Below, piece by piece: positions 1 through 9,626 of a DNA stretch of 64,000 nucleotides; positions within the stretch are counted from its first letter, which is position 1, and each line of letters starts with the position of its first letter. This stretch comes from an uncultured Eubacteriales bacterium. Lineage in GTDB: Bacteria > Acidobacteriota > Aminicenantia > Aminicenantales > Aminicenantaceae. Made by a program: the position numbers and the translations under genes. The stretch is from positions 181,559 to 245,558 of the forward strand of contig CAYFWF010000003.1 in NCBI GenBank assembly GCA_964346815.1. The letters run 5' to 3'. The notes beneath the pieces are model-generated. The model was not told the origin of the DNA, did not search any database, and saw only the letters and a program-made list of their open reading frames with translations.

Positions 1-1086
1 CCAGCCGGGATAAGAGTTTTTACAGCATTAGCCCTTATACTTTCGCCGTGCATTCTTTTCGGCAATTCGGTTTTAAAAGCAGAAAAGTCCTGGAGCACGT
101 TCCCGATTCTCATGTATGACAATGACATTGGTTTAGGTTATGGTGCAAAGGCAAAATTCGTCGATTATCTTCACAAAAAAGAATCGCTTGACTTCATCGT
201 ATTCAATTCGACCAAGGGAGAGAAGTGGTATGTCTTCGCCTTTTCGATTCCAGATATAGAGGTCCGTCAGAGAAAAAAATATTCACTTTCGTTCGATATG
301 AGGGCAGAATACGACAAACTGCTGAAAGACAACTTCTTTGGAATCGGTCCCGACTCTAGAGAGGAGGATTTAACAAATTTTACATTCCATAAAAAAGAGC
401 TCCAACTCACTCTGGGCCGAGGAATCAGTTCCTCTTTTGTTCTCCAGGGAAGTTATGTTTTTCGGAATATCCGCTATTCCGGTATCCAGGAAGGGGCCTT
501 TAGGGAAAAACTCGCATCGGTCGGAGAGAGGTTTTCACCGTATATCTCATTTCTTTTCCGTTATGATACATCAGACAGCCAGATCCACCCCAAAAGAGGA
601 ATCCGCATCGAGTTTCGAAATGATTTCGCCGCAGATTTTCTAGGCAATAAAAATACTGCTTTTCATAGATTCATCTTGGATTTCCGTACATACAAGCTCT
701 TGTTCGGACCGAAAGATGTTTGGGCATTCCGTATCCTCGTCCAGAAAATATCAGGGGACGATATTCCGCTCTATGAGATGTCGGTAATCGGCGGCAGTTC
801 CACTCAAAATGCTCTGCGGGGTTACCGGATGAATCGCTTTCAAGACAAAGGAAAGATCTTAACGAACCTGGAATACAGATTTCCATTATGGGGACGGCTC
901 GGAGGGAATATCTTTGTTGATGCCGGGAGTGTTTGGCCATCCTTTAACCGGATAAATATGCAAAAATTTGCACTTGCAGCGGGATGGGGATTGAGATATT
1001 ATCTCAAAGACTTTTGTGCCAGGTTCGACATGGGTTTCAGTCGGGAGGGCATGAGGATCTATTTTCACTTCAATCATGTGTTTTAA
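1..1086 (+). CDS. Omp85/bacterial-surface-antigen (D15) family outer-membrane beta-barrel protein, 5' partial (continues upstream of window)
   Basis: Frame of ORF 112..1086 stays open back to position 1 and encodes a signal-peptide-like stretch (RVFTALALILSPCILFGNSVLKAEK). C-terminal region has the Omp85-type motif GGNIFVDAGSVW and a terminal aromatic (…HFNHVF), typical of outer-membrane beta-barrels. Confidence 0.55.
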   Translation, partial: PAGIRVFTALALILSPCILFGNSVLKAEKSWSTFPILMYDNDIGLGYGAKAKFVDYLHKKESLDFIVFNSTKGEKWYVFAFSIPDIEVRQRKKYSLSFDMRAEYDKLLKDNFFGIGPDSREEDLTNFTFHKKELQLTLGRGISSSFVLQGSYVFRNIRYSGIQEGAFREKLASVGERFSPYISFLFRYDTSDSQIHPKRGIRIEFRNDFAADFLGNKNTAFHRFILDFRTYKLLFGPKDVWAFRILVQKISGDDIPLYEMSVIGGSSTQNALRGYRMNRFQDKGKILTNLEYRFPLWGRLGGNIFVDAGSVWPSFNRINMQKFALAAGWGLRYYLKDFCARFDMGFSREGMRIYFHFNHVF

Positions 1087-1095
1087 CGGACTGAC

Positions 1096-1854
1096 ATGGG
1101 ACGCATAACGGGCGGAGATAAACCCGAACTGAGTGCTTGGCTTTTCCTTTTCGGATTGGTTTTCGCCTCATTCCATATTTTGCCTGCTCTTCTCCCTAAC
1201 TTTTTTGATAAGCCTCTTACATACGGAGACGTTCTCGATTTTTTGACCCCCTTTGCTGTAGTGCCTGTTGCCCTTTTGCTCTATTTTCGTATCTTTCAGA
1301 TCAATTCACCAAGATTTGTCCATTCGAAATTCCTGAAGGTCTCATCAGGAGTCTTCCTCGGACTGGGAATTCTTCTTTATGTAGACGGTCATGGCCTCCA
1401 TCTTGCGGCGAATTCGATTGCCCGACTTATCGAAAAAGCGAATGATCCAGAATTGTTCGATGCTGTTTACCTCTTCGATGAGAAGATCAGCCATATACTG
1501 TTGGACGGGGGGATCTTCCTGACTTCGCTTTCCCTGATTATCGCGTCTCATAAGATGCTCCATAAGTTGAAGTCCCTGAGGAACTTCGTTCTTCTCTTTT
1601 TGGGAGCATGTCTTTTTGGTTTTACTTTTGTCATAAACAGCATCGAAGGGCAGACAGTTGCGTTGGTCCTGCCCGCAGTCCTCCTCGGGCTCATCTTGTC
1701 GCTGGCGCTTTATTTGAAGGGATTAAAAACGGGGATGAAAAATACCTTTCATCTTTTTTTCCTTATCGCCTATTTTCTGAGCTTGGTGCTTCTTATCTAT
1801 TGGGGAGTGAGATATAAAGGTTATCCCCAATTCAGCGAGCTGGGCTGGATCTGA
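1096..1854 (+). CDS. hypothetical polytopic inner-membrane protein (about 7 hydrophobic segments)
   Basis: 252-aa ORF, strongly hydrophobic throughout, immediately downstream (9 nt) of the Omp85-like gene on the same strand. No recognisable catalytic motif. Confidence 0.45.
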   Translation: MGRITGGDKPELSAWLFLFGLVFASFHILPALLPNFFDKPLTYGDVLDFLTPFAVVPVALLLYFRIFQINSPRFVHSKFLKVSSGVFLGLGILLYVDGHGLHLAANSIARLIEKANDPELFDAVYLFDEKISHILLDGGIFLTSLSLIIASHKMLHKLKSLRNFVLLFLGACLFGFTFVINSIEGQTVALVLPAVLLGLILSLALYLKGLKTGMKNTFHLFFLIAYFLSLVLLIYWGVRYKGYPQFSELGWI

Positions 1855-1859
1855 TAAGT

Positions 1860-3314
1860 TCAGGAGAGTTCGTCGAGGACGGCTGTCAAAAAGTCCCAGA
1901 ATTTTTCAACAGAAGGAATGTGGGCTCTTTCCTCAGGAGAGTGAGGATGTTCGATGGTGGGGCCGAAGGATATCATGTCCATTCCTGGAAATTTTTCTCC
2001 GATGATTCCGCATTCCAGTCCAGCATGGACAGCAGCGACTTCTGGTTCTTTTTGAAATTTATTCTGGTAAACATCCTTACAGGTCTGAAGAAGCGCAGAT
2101 TGCAGATCGGGCTTCCAACCTGGGTAGCCTTCAGGGAGGTTGATGTCTGCTTGGACGATTTCGCATAAGGCAGACAAAACGTTCCGGATAGCTTCCAGTC
2201 CTGAAGCCACTGAGCTTCGACTGCTGCAGATAATCTGAGCATCATCTGGATGGGTATGAACAATAGCCAGATTGGTGGAGGTCTCTACAAGGTCTTCCAT
2301 CTCCGGATGCATGGATATGACTCCATGGGGAACGGCGAATAAGAAATTGATCAGGGATTCCTGGGAATCGGCTGTTAAAGGCTTTTCAGGCTCTTCGTTC
2401 TGACTTTCAAAGGAAAATTTTGCCTTGGCTTCGACTGCCTTATATTCTTCGTGAATTTTATCAAAGGCTGTTCGGAAAGCTTCCTCCATGTCATCTTTTT
2501 GGGATGAGTCAATGCAAATATCTGCCCAGGCTTCTCTAGGAATAGCATTTCTTTTGTTGCCGCCTTCTATCCCGATCAGTTCAAAATTATGGGATTTCGA
2601 GACCTGCCAAAGCATTCGAGCAAGCAATTTTATTGCGTTCCCGCGACCCTTGTTTATGTCGAGACCTGAATGTCCTCCTCTGAATCCAAAGAGCTTCAGC
2701 CTGAACACATATTCGTTTGATGGGTCTTTTCTCTTCGAAGGAAAGGTGATTTCCGAGTCAGCTCCGCCTGCACATCCGATGGTAAAAGCACCCTCTTCTT
2801 CACTATCCAGGTTGAGCAATATTTTCCCCCTCAGAAAATCGGATTTTATCTGGGTAGCTCCTGTAAGTCCTGTCTCTTCGTCGACGGTGAAGAGAAACTC
2901 GAGGGGTCCATGAACTAGGGAATCGTCCTCCATTATTGCTAAGGAGGCTGCAGCTCCTAATCCGTTATCCGCACCGAGGGTCGTTCCTTTGGCGATCACC
3001 CAATCATCCTGGATTTCAGCATGAATGGCATCCTTGGAAAAATCGTGATCCACATCGGAGTTTTTTTCACAGACCATATCGATGTGGCCTTGAAGGATGA
3101 CTCCCTTAGCCTTTTCTCGACCGGCCGTGGCTTTCTTCGCCACCACGACATTCCCCACTTGGTCTCTTTCCCATGATAAATTCAAGCGTTCTGCTTGAGC
3201 TACTATATAATCACCTAGAGCCTTTTCATTGCCTGAACAATGTGGTATCTTTAAAATCTCCTCGAAATGTTTCCAGAGATTGACTGGTTTGATTCCTTCG
3301 AAGATCGAAGCCAT
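1860..3314 (-). CDS. pepD: aminoacyl-histidine (Xaa-His) dipeptidase PepD, M20 family
   Basis: Colinear with E. coli PepD: DQVGNVVVAKKATAG, GTTLGADNGLG, IHAGLECGI, GPTIEHPHSPEE. Start trimmed to MASIFEGIKPVNLW (matches PepD N-terminus) with GGAGGAG SD 8 nt upstream; the ORF track's earlier Met is likely an extension. Confidence 0.85.
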   Translation of the reverse strand: MASIFEGIKPVNLWKHFEEILKIPHCSGNEKALGDYIVAQAERLNLSWERDQVGNVVVAKKATAGREKAKGVILQGHIDMVCEKNSDVDHDFSKDAIHAEIQDDWVIAKGTTLGADNGLGAAASLAIMEDDSLVHGPLEFLFTVDEETGLTGATQIKSDFLRGKILLNLDSEEEGAFTIGCAGGADSEITFPSKRKDPSNEYVFRLKLFGFRGGHSGLDINKGRGNAIKLLARMLWQVSKSHNFELIGIEGGNKRNAIPREAWADICIDSSQKDDMEEAFRTAFDKIHEEYKAVEAKAKFSFESQNEEPEKPLTADSQESLINFLFAVPHGVISMHPEMEDLVETSTNLAIVHTHPDDAQIICSSRSSVASGLEAIRNVLSALCEIVQADINLPEGYPGWKPDLQSALLQTCKDVYQNKFQKEPEVAAVHAGLECGIIGEKFPGMDMISFGPTIEHPHSPEERAHIPSVEKFWDFLTAVLDELS

Positions 3315-3449
3315 TTCTCTCCTCCAATTGTAAGCTGCTCTTTTATGAGAGACATAGGATGACATAAAATCCTATGAGATACAAGAAAATTCAAATAAAA
3401 ATGTTTTGACTTTTCTCCCCTGGTTTCCATAAAATTCACATGCTTTTAT

Positions 3450-4607
3450 ATGGAAGATTCTCTGATACGCGCCTTTAGAAAAATCTACCGATCGTTTCCC
3501 GAAGTCTATTCCTCAGCTCCGGGCAGAATAAATATCATCGGAGAACACACCGACTACAATTTGGGGTATGTTTTGCCCTCCGCCATCCATCTTCGTACAT
3601 CTTTTCTCGCCGCAAGACGAGGCGATAGAAAAGTCCGGGTCTGGGCGGACAATTTTAGCCGAGAGCAGAGTTTTTCAACGGATAGATTGAATCCCAGCGG
3701 GAAAAACGCTTGGATCGATTATGTGAAAGGAATCTACTGGGTTTTGAAAATAAATGGGGCTTCACTAGGAGGGGTAGATGCTCTCGTCCGTGGAAATATT
3801 CCTTTAGGATCTGGACTGAGCTCCTCTGCTGCATTCGAAGTGAGTGTAATAAATGCCCTCGACGAGCTGTACAAGCTTCGGACTGAACCTCTTGAAATGG
3901 CCCAATTGGCTCAAAAAGCGGAGAATGATTTTGTCGGTGTGCAGTGTGGACTGATGGATCAATTTGTATCTGTATTCGGGAGGAGAAACCAGGCTGTTTT
4001 TTTGGACTGCGAAAGTCTCGCATTCGGCTATGTCCCTCTGCGTTTGGATGAGGGGGGAGTGGGTATCCTCGTCTACGACACTGGGATTCGTCGAGAACTC
4101 GCTTCGTCGGAATTTAATAAACGAAGGCTGGAAGCTTCAGAGGCGCTGAAGCGTTTAAAAGAATCGGGAGTGAAGAACTACAAGAATCTTTCATTACAAT
4201 CGCTCAAAAAGAAGGAGGGTAATCTCAATAAAAGACTCTATAAGCGAGCGCGACATGTGGTTACAGAGAATGAAAGAGTTCAACAGGCAGTTTCTGCCCT
4301 CAACCAAGATGATTTCCAGAAGCTTGGGCATCTCTTGTTTCAGTCTCACGAGAGCCTTCGAGACGACTACGAAGTCTCCTGTCCGGAACTCGATCTTTTA
4401 TACGAATGTGGAAAAAGATTTCCCGCCTGTCTCGGAGCGAGATTGACAGGGGCAGGGTTCGGCGGTTCAGGAATCGCGCTAGTAAGGAAAGGGAAAATCG
4501 CGGCTTTTAGACAAATGCTCCTGGATGAGGCAAAACAGAGGGGATATCCCCGGCCTGCATTCCATGAAGTTGTCATCGGAGAGGGCAAGAAATTACATAT
4601 CCCCTGA
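3450..4607 (+). CDS. galK: galactokinase (GHMP kinase)
   Basis: Galactokinase signature PGRINIIGEHTDYNLGYVLP near N-terminus. GHMP ATP-binding loop PLGSGLSSSAA. Length 385 aa. Confidence 0.9.
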   Translation: MEDSLIRAFRKIYRSFPEVYSSAPGRINIIGEHTDYNLGYVLPSAIHLRTSFLAARRGDRKVRVWADNFSREQSFSTDRLNPSGKNAWIDYVKGIYWVLKINGASLGGVDALVRGNIPLGSGLSSSAAFEVSVINALDELYKLRTEPLEMAQLAQKAENDFVGVQCGLMDQFVSVFGRRNQAVFLDCESLAFGYVPLRLDEGGVGILVYDTGIRRELASSEFNKRRLEASEALKRLKESGVKNYKNLSLQSLKKKEGNLNKRLYKRARHVVTENERVQQAVSALNQDDFQKLGHLLFQSHESLRDDYEVSCPELDLLYECGKRFPACLGARLTGAGFGGSGIALVRKGKIAAFRQMLLDEAKQRGYPRPAFHEVVIGEGKKLHIP

Positions 4608-4705
4608 TTTCTGCGTCTTGTTTGGATGGTCCAGTAGTGTATGGATAGTCTGCAAATATTTTCTGATAATTGACATGTTTGCCTAAATGTAATAGAAAGA
4701 TATTA

Positions 4706-5299
4706 ATGATGGCGGTCAGGGTTCTTCTCTCTTACGCTCTATCCTATCTGTTGGGTTCCGTACCCTTTTCTTATATCGTGGCCAGAAAAGCTCAGGGCGT
4801 GGATATTCGAGTGGTAGGAGAGGGGAATGTCGGGGGAAGGAACGTATGGCATGTGGTAGGGAAAAAATATGGGATTCTGGCTGGATTCTTGGATTTTTCA
4901 AAAGGAATGGGAGCGTACGGTTTGGGCTATCTCTTTGGATTGGAGCATCTGACGATTTGGGCTTGTGGATTTTTTGCCGTATTAGGCCATTGTTTTCCAA
5001 TTTTTCTCAAGGGAAGGGGAGGAAAGGGAGCCGCGACTGCAATGGGCTTTTTGTCCACTATGATGCCGGTGGTTATCGTTCTTTCAGGAATTCTCATGGG
5101 CGTGACATACTGGGTCTTCAGGAACTTCCATATTTCGATTTCCTTGGGAATGGCAAGCATTCCGCTGCTGTCGAGGTTCGCTTTTGGCAAGAGCTGGACG
5201 GAGACGGCCATCCTCTTGGGTTTTCTGTTGTTTTTAGGAATAAAACGTCTTATCGACGAACCGTATATGCGGAAAATAAAAACAGAGTCTGGCTGGTAA
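4706..5299 (+). CDS. divergent PlsY-family (glycerol-3-phosphate acyltransferase-like) membrane protein, second paralog
   Basis: About 197 aa, multi-TM. N-terminus LLSYALSYLLGSVPFSYIVA and loop GEGNVGGRNVWHV align to the PlsY GSGNxGATNV region but are degenerate. Canonical plsY is present at 19044..19634. Start chosen at MMAVRV; the ORF-track start at 4670 is probably an extension. Confidence 0.55.
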   Translation: MMAVRVLLSYALSYLLGSVPFSYIVARKAQGVDIRVVGEGNVGGRNVWHVVGKKYGILAGFLDFSKGMGAYGLGYLFGLEHLTIWACGFFAVLGHCFPIFLKGRGGKGAATAMGFLSTMMPVVIVLSGILMGVTYWVFRNFHISISLGMASIPLLSRFAFGKSWTETAILLGFLLFLGIKRLIDEPYMRKIKTESGW

Positions 5300-5300
5300 A

Positions 5301-6425
5301 ATGAATTCTCTACATCTTGTTATTTTGACACTCCTCGTTCTCTTAGGATTGAATTTCGTCCAGAATGTCAAAAGAGCAGGTTTTCGAGAAAGCAAAAGAG
5401 TCGATAACGAAAATCCATTGATCTCTGTACTCATTCCCGCACGAAATGAAGAAGAGACCATCGGCACATGTGTGTCCTCGCTTCTGAATTCAGATTATCC
5501 CCGTCTTGAAATCATTGTCCTGGATGACAATTCGAGAGACAGGACCTATGAGATCGTGCAGCTTTTATCCCGGAATCACAAAAATTTGCGCGTTATCAAG
5601 GGTCAGAAGCTCCCTCCAGATTGGAACGGGAAGAACTGGGCCTGCCATCAACTCGCTTATGCTGCCAAGGGTGATTGGTTTCTTTTTACGGATGCCGATA
5701 CCTTTCATAACCCGAATTCGATTTCCATGGCAATCATGACAGCGAAAAAGAGTCAATCTCATTTCGTTACTGCCATCCCGGGATTGATCATGAAGAGTTG
5801 GGCAGAAAAACTCGTTCTTCCTGTTATACATTTTGCTTTTTTCGTTCTTCTGCCGTACAACCTCATAAATTTCTCGAAAAATTCTCGTGTGGCTATAGGA
5901 ATCGGGCCCTTTTTATTTATCCAGAGAAAGAAATATTTTTCCTGCGGAGGTTTCGAGGCCATAAAAACGGAAATCTTGGATGATATGGCTTTGGCAAGAA
6001 GAGTCAAACAAGACCACGGGAAATTAGCCGTTATGGATGGCACAGAAATCATGCAGGTGCGTTTCTATACCTGTTTCAAAGAAATCTGGACGGGACTTTC
6101 CAAAAATTCCTTTCAAGCTATAGGCAGTTCCCCTCATTTTCTTTTCGGTATTTCTGTTGCCTGCTATTTTCTTTTCGTTTACCCCTATCTGTATTTGGCG
6201 ACAGCTATCTATTTCGGCCAGAGCGTGACGCTTCCTTTTATTAAAGTGCTCCTGGTCTCTTTCATAAGAATAGGACTGTCTTCCCGTTTTAAAACCAACA
6301 TCGCCTACAGCTTGCTTCATCCGTTCATGATTTTGCTTACACTCCTTATTCTGTTCAATTCCTTTCGGCTCTCTCTCTTTGGCAAAAAGATCGAATGGAA
6401 AGAAAGACTCTATCCAGTCGAATGA
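5301..6425 (+). CDS. family 2 glycosyltransferase (GT2) with C-terminal transmembrane domain
   Basis: VLIPARNEE, LDDNSRD (DXD) and FTDADT motifs of GT-A/GT2 enzymes. C-terminal half has about 4 TM helices. ATG lies 1 nt after the upstream stop (tight coupling with the PlsY-like gene). Confidence 0.75.
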   Translation: MNSLHLVILTLLVLLGLNFVQNVKRAGFRESKRVDNENPLISVLIPARNEEETIGTCVSSLLNSDYPRLEIIVLDDNSRDRTYEIVQLLSRNHKNLRVIKGQKLPPDWNGKNWACHQLAYAAKGDWFLFTDADTFHNPNSISMAIMTAKKSQSHFVTAIPGLIMKSWAEKLVLPVIHFAFFVLLPYNLINFSKNSRVAIGIGPFLFIQRKKYFSCGGFEAIKTEILDDMALARRVKQDHGKLAVMDGTEIMQVRFYTCFKEIWTGLSKNSFQAIGSSPHFLFGISVACYFLFVYPYLYLATAIYFGQSVTLPFIKVLLVSFIRIGLSSRFKTNIAYSLLHPFMILLTLLILFNSFRLSLFGKKIEWKERLYPVE

Positions 6426-7345
6426 TGAAAAGATTTTCTCTTTTGCTAGCCGCGGGCGCAGTTTTTCTTATCGGAATGCGTGCCCCGTTCATTCTTGAAA
6501 ATCAAGGCGCAAAAAGGATCAAGATCATGACCAGCATCTTTCCTTTGATGGAATTTGCACAAGCCGTAGCAGGAGATAGGGGAGAAGTCGATCTCCTTCT
6601 CCCCCCAGGGGGAGAAGTCCATACCTGGATGCCGAGACCTAGTGATTTGATCAAGCTTTCCTCTGCTGATCTTTTTATCTATATAGGAGCCGATCTTGAA
6701 CCCTGGGCAGAGGATATCCTCCGGAGTGTAAAGAATCCAAAACTCAGAATAATGGATATATGTGAGGAATTGTCCCTCCTGACTCACAGCTCATCTCTCG
6801 ACCGAGAGCATGGAGCCGTCGATCCTCATGTCTGGCTGGATTTCGGAAACGATCAGAAAATTATCGAGGGGATTAAAACTGTCCTAGGGGAGATGGAACC
6901 TCGGGTGATGTCTATATACAAAAAAAATGCGCTGATCTACAACCAAAAGCTTCAAGAGCTCGATCGGAGATACACTGAAGCTCTTAGAGAATGCGAGCAG
7001 AGAACCATTGTCCTGGGGGGACACGCTGCTTTTGGATATCTGGCGAAAAGATACAATCTGCGACATGTTTCTCTCTACGGGCTGAGCCCTGATTCGGAAC
7101 CGACTCCGAGCCAGCTCATCGACATAGTTGGGCTGGTCAAAGAGCGAGGGATAGAAGCCATATATTTCGAGGTGAGTGTCAGTAAAGAACTGGCTGAAGT
7201 GATTGCTGAAGAAACCGGTGCAAGAACCTTGGTCTTGAATCCCGGAGCGAGTCTTTCAAGAAAACAGATGGAGTCCGGAGTCAGTTTTCTGGATATCATG
7301 GAAAAAAATCTGGAGAATTTAAAAGATGGACTCTCCTGCCGCTGA
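6422..7345 (+). CDS. metal (Zn/Mn) ABC transporter substrate-binding protein, TroA/ZnuA cluster
   Basis: Signal peptide MMKRFSLLLAAGAVFLIG. Conserved DPHVWLD motif of cluster A-I (TroA-like) binding proteins. No His-rich loop, so metal specificity (Zn vs Mn/Fe) is unresolved. Start ATGATG overlaps GT2 stop (ATGA). Confidence 0.8.
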   Translation: MMKRFSLLLAAGAVFLIGMRAPFILENQGAKRIKIMTSIFPLMEFAQAVAGDRGEVDLLLPPGGEVHTWMPRPSDLIKLSSADLFIYIGADLEPWAEDILRSVKNPKLRIMDICEELSLLTHSSSLDREHGAVDPHVWLDFGNDQKIIEGIKTVLGEMEPRVMSIYKKNALIYNQKLQELDRRYTEALRECEQRTIVLGGHAAFGYLAKRYNLRHVSLYGLSPDSEPTPSQLIDIVGLVKERGIEAIYFEVSVSKELAEVIAEETGARTLVLNPGASLSRKQMESGVSFLDIMEKNLENLKDGLSCR

Positions 7346-8090
7346 TCGAGAACCTTTAATCGAGATAGAAGGAGTTTGCTACGACTACGGTTATGGGGCT
7401 GTTTTAATAGATGTCAGTTTTCCCATAAATTCTGGGGATTTTCTTGCCATCATCGGACCTAACGGCTCCGGAAAAACAACCCTCCTCAAAATTATACTGG
7501 GCCTCTTGAAACCTGTAGAGGGAGAAGTCAGGATTATGGGAAAGCCGGTAGGAGAATTCACCGAATGGCAAAAGATTGGCTACGTACCTCAGAAGGCAAC
7601 ATATATCGATTCTTTTTTTCCCGCCTCAGTCAGAGAAGTCGTGGCCATGGGCATATTGTCATCTCAGAAGTTCCCACGGTTCAGAAAGAAAGAGGAGGAG
7701 TCCATATCCGAGGCCCTGAATCGAGTCGGGATGGGAAAGTACATGAACCGGAGAATCGGAAGTCTTTCAGCAGGCCAGCAGCAGCGCGTATTCATAGCGC
7801 GAGCCATAGCCAATCAACCAAAAATTCTGATTCTCGATGAACCGACGACCGGCGTGGATGCCAGCACACAGGAACGTTTCTATGATATGCTGCATCATCT
7901 TAACCGGGATGAACTGATCACTATTGTCCTGGTGACTCACGAAACCGGCATCATGAACAGGCATATCACTCAGGTAGCCTGTTTGAATCAAACGCTGACC
8001 TATCATGGCACTCATGAAGAATTTTGTCGATCCGAAGAATTCCGAAAAATGTTGGCAGAAGGACACCACCTTATCTCCCATCGTCACTGA
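7326..8090 (+). CDS. metal ABC transporter ATP-binding protein (ZnuC/MntB-like)
   Basis: Walker A GPNGSGKTT, ABC signature LSAGQQQRV, Walker B ILILDEPTTGVD. 20-nt overlap with upstream binding-protein gene. Confidence 0.85.
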   Translation: MDSPAADREPLIEIEGVCYDYGYGAVLIDVSFPINSGDFLAIIGPNGSGKTTLLKIILGLLKPVEGEVRIMGKPVGEFTEWQKIGYVPQKATYIDSFFPASVREVVAMGILSSQKFPRFRKKEEESISEALNRVGMGKYMNRRIGSLSAGQQQRVFIARAIANQPKILILDEPTTGVDASTQERFYDMLHHLNRDELITIVLVTHETGIMNRHITQVACLNQTLTYHGTHEEFCRSEEFRKMLAEGHHLISHRH

Positions 8091-8097
8091 TTTATCA

Positions 8098-8901
8098 ATG
8101 GAAGCTTTTTTCGCATATGGATTTCTGCAAAGGGCGCTCTTGGCGGGAGTCTTCATCGCTATTGCCTGCGCTATTCTGGGTGTTTTTCTGATTTTAAGAC
8201 GGGATGCCATGATTGGACATGGCTTGGCTCATGTTACCTTTGCGGGTGTTGCTCTTGGACTTTTCTTGAATTACATGCCTCTCGCCGTGGCGATGGTCAT
8301 CGCTGTGGGTGCCTCTCTGATCATAATGAGATTGAAAGTCATTGCGGGCCTTTACGGAGATACGGCTATCGCCATCTTCAGCAGCGTGGGCTTTGCATTC
8401 GGAGTGGTCTTGGTCACTCTTTCGCAGAGTTTCAATGTGGATCTCTTCTCTTATCTCTTCGGAGAGATTTTAGCCATAGAGACTTCAGAGGTTTGGTTCT
8501 CTGTCTTTTTGGCTGGAGCCGTGGTGAGTCTGGTTGTTGTGAATTATCATAGGTTCATGTATATGACATTTGACCGGGAATCGGCCAAGGCTTCGGGCAT
8601 AAAGGTTGACCGTCTTGACACCCTTTTGACTGTTCTGACTGCAGTCACAGTCGTATTAGGTATGAAAATAGCGGGCATTCTTCTCGTTTCAGCGCTTGTC
8701 GTCATTCCTGCTGCTGCGGGTCTTCAGGTTGCCTCCCATTTCAGGCAAGCCATACTGCTCTCTGCCGGAGTTTCCATAATCTCTGTTGTCTTCGGCCTGG
8801 TGTTCGCCTTTATTCTCGATTTGCCAGCCTCAGGAAGTATAGTCCTCCTCTCTTTTTTGTTTTTCGGATTGTGCTTTGGATTGAAAAGGATCAAGAAATA
8901 G
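8098..8901 (+). CDS. metal ABC transporter permease (ABC-3 / ZnuB-like)
   Basis: Hydrophobic, about 8 TM helices. Start placed at MEAFFAYGFLQRALLAG 8 nt after the ATPase stop; the ORF-track start at 8005 overlaps the ATPase and is probably an extension. Confidence 0.8.
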   Translation: MEAFFAYGFLQRALLAGVFIAIACAILGVFLILRRDAMIGHGLAHVTFAGVALGLFLNYMPLAVAMVIAVGASLIIMRLKVIAGLYGDTAIAIFSSVGFAFGVVLVTLSQSFNVDLFSYLFGEILAIETSEVWFSVFLAGAVVSLVVVNYHRFMYMTFDRESAKASGIKVDRLDTLLTVLTAVTVVLGMKIAGILLVSALVVIPAAAGLQVASHFRQAILLSAGVSIISVVFGLVFAFILDLPASGSIVLLSFLFFGLCFGLKRIKK

Positions 8902-8934
8902 GAAGGAATAGCATCAGAGAGACAAAAGCTCTCT

Positions 8935-9471
8935 TCAAGATTGGTCTGTCATTTTTTCAAAAGTGCTTCTAAAGATGGAATAAGCCTTTTCTCCGTACAG
9001 ACACAGAGTGATCTCCTTTGGATACTCATTTTCCTGGAGAAAATCCATGCAGACTTTAATCATGATTTCGCTGCACCTTTTTATGGGAAAATGAAAGATA
9101 CCTGTGCTGATAGCAGGGAAAGCGATGCTTTTCAATTTTTTTTTACTGGCGATCCTAAGGCTGTTGAGCGTTGCATCGGCCAGTTTTTTGTCCTCGTCTC
9201 CCTCTCCGTAAACCGGCCCCACAGCATGGATAACGTAGCTGGCCTTCAGGTTTCCAGCCCCGGTCATCACAGCTTCGCCTGCTTCGATAGGGCCGATTTC
9301 ATTGCATTCTTCCTGAATCGAGGGTCCGCCGAAATTTCGAATAGCACCTGCTACTCCTCCTCCTAAAATCAAAGATTTATTGGCGGCATTGACAATTACA
9401 TCCACATCCAACTGAACAATATTTCCCTCGACGAGTCTCAATTTTCGTCCCTTAACTGTCCATTCGTCCAT
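8935..9471 (-). CDS. macro-domain protein (O-acetyl-ADP-ribose deacetylase / YmdB-like)
   Basis: Macro-domain motifs IVNAANKSLILGGGVAGAI and HAVGPVY...AFPAISTGIF. Start set at MDEWTVKG with GAGGGGAA SD. Confidence 0.75.
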   Translation of the reverse strand: MDEWTVKGRKLRLVEGNIVQLDVDVIVNAANKSLILGGGVAGAIRNFGGPSIQEECNEIGPIEAGEAVMTGAGNLKASYVIHAVGPVYGEGDEDKKLADATLNSLRIASKKKLKSIAFPAISTGIFHFPIKRCSEIMIKVCMDFLQENEYPKEITLCLYGEKAYSIFRSTFEKMTDQS

Positions 9472-9626
9472 TGTTCCCCTCAAAGACATCAAGTGAATGA
9501 GGTAGCATTATAGACAAAATTTCGATTATTTGTCCAGGACTGCTTAAGGATCGTATTTCCAGAACCGTGATAGCATAAGAACATGTAGCAAAAGTGAGAG
9601 AGCACGGGAGAATGCTTCCTTGAGGA

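Noticed and set aside
4846-5304. 152-aa ORF overlapping the PlsY-like gene in another frame
   Set aside because: Fully embedded in a hydrophobic membrane-protein gene, with no independent signals.
8915-8934. Hairpin AGAGAG-ACAAAAG-CTCTCT between convergent znuB-like and macro genes as a bidirectional terminator
   Set aside because: Only a 6-bp stem of alternating AG/CT with no flanking U/A tract; too weak to call.
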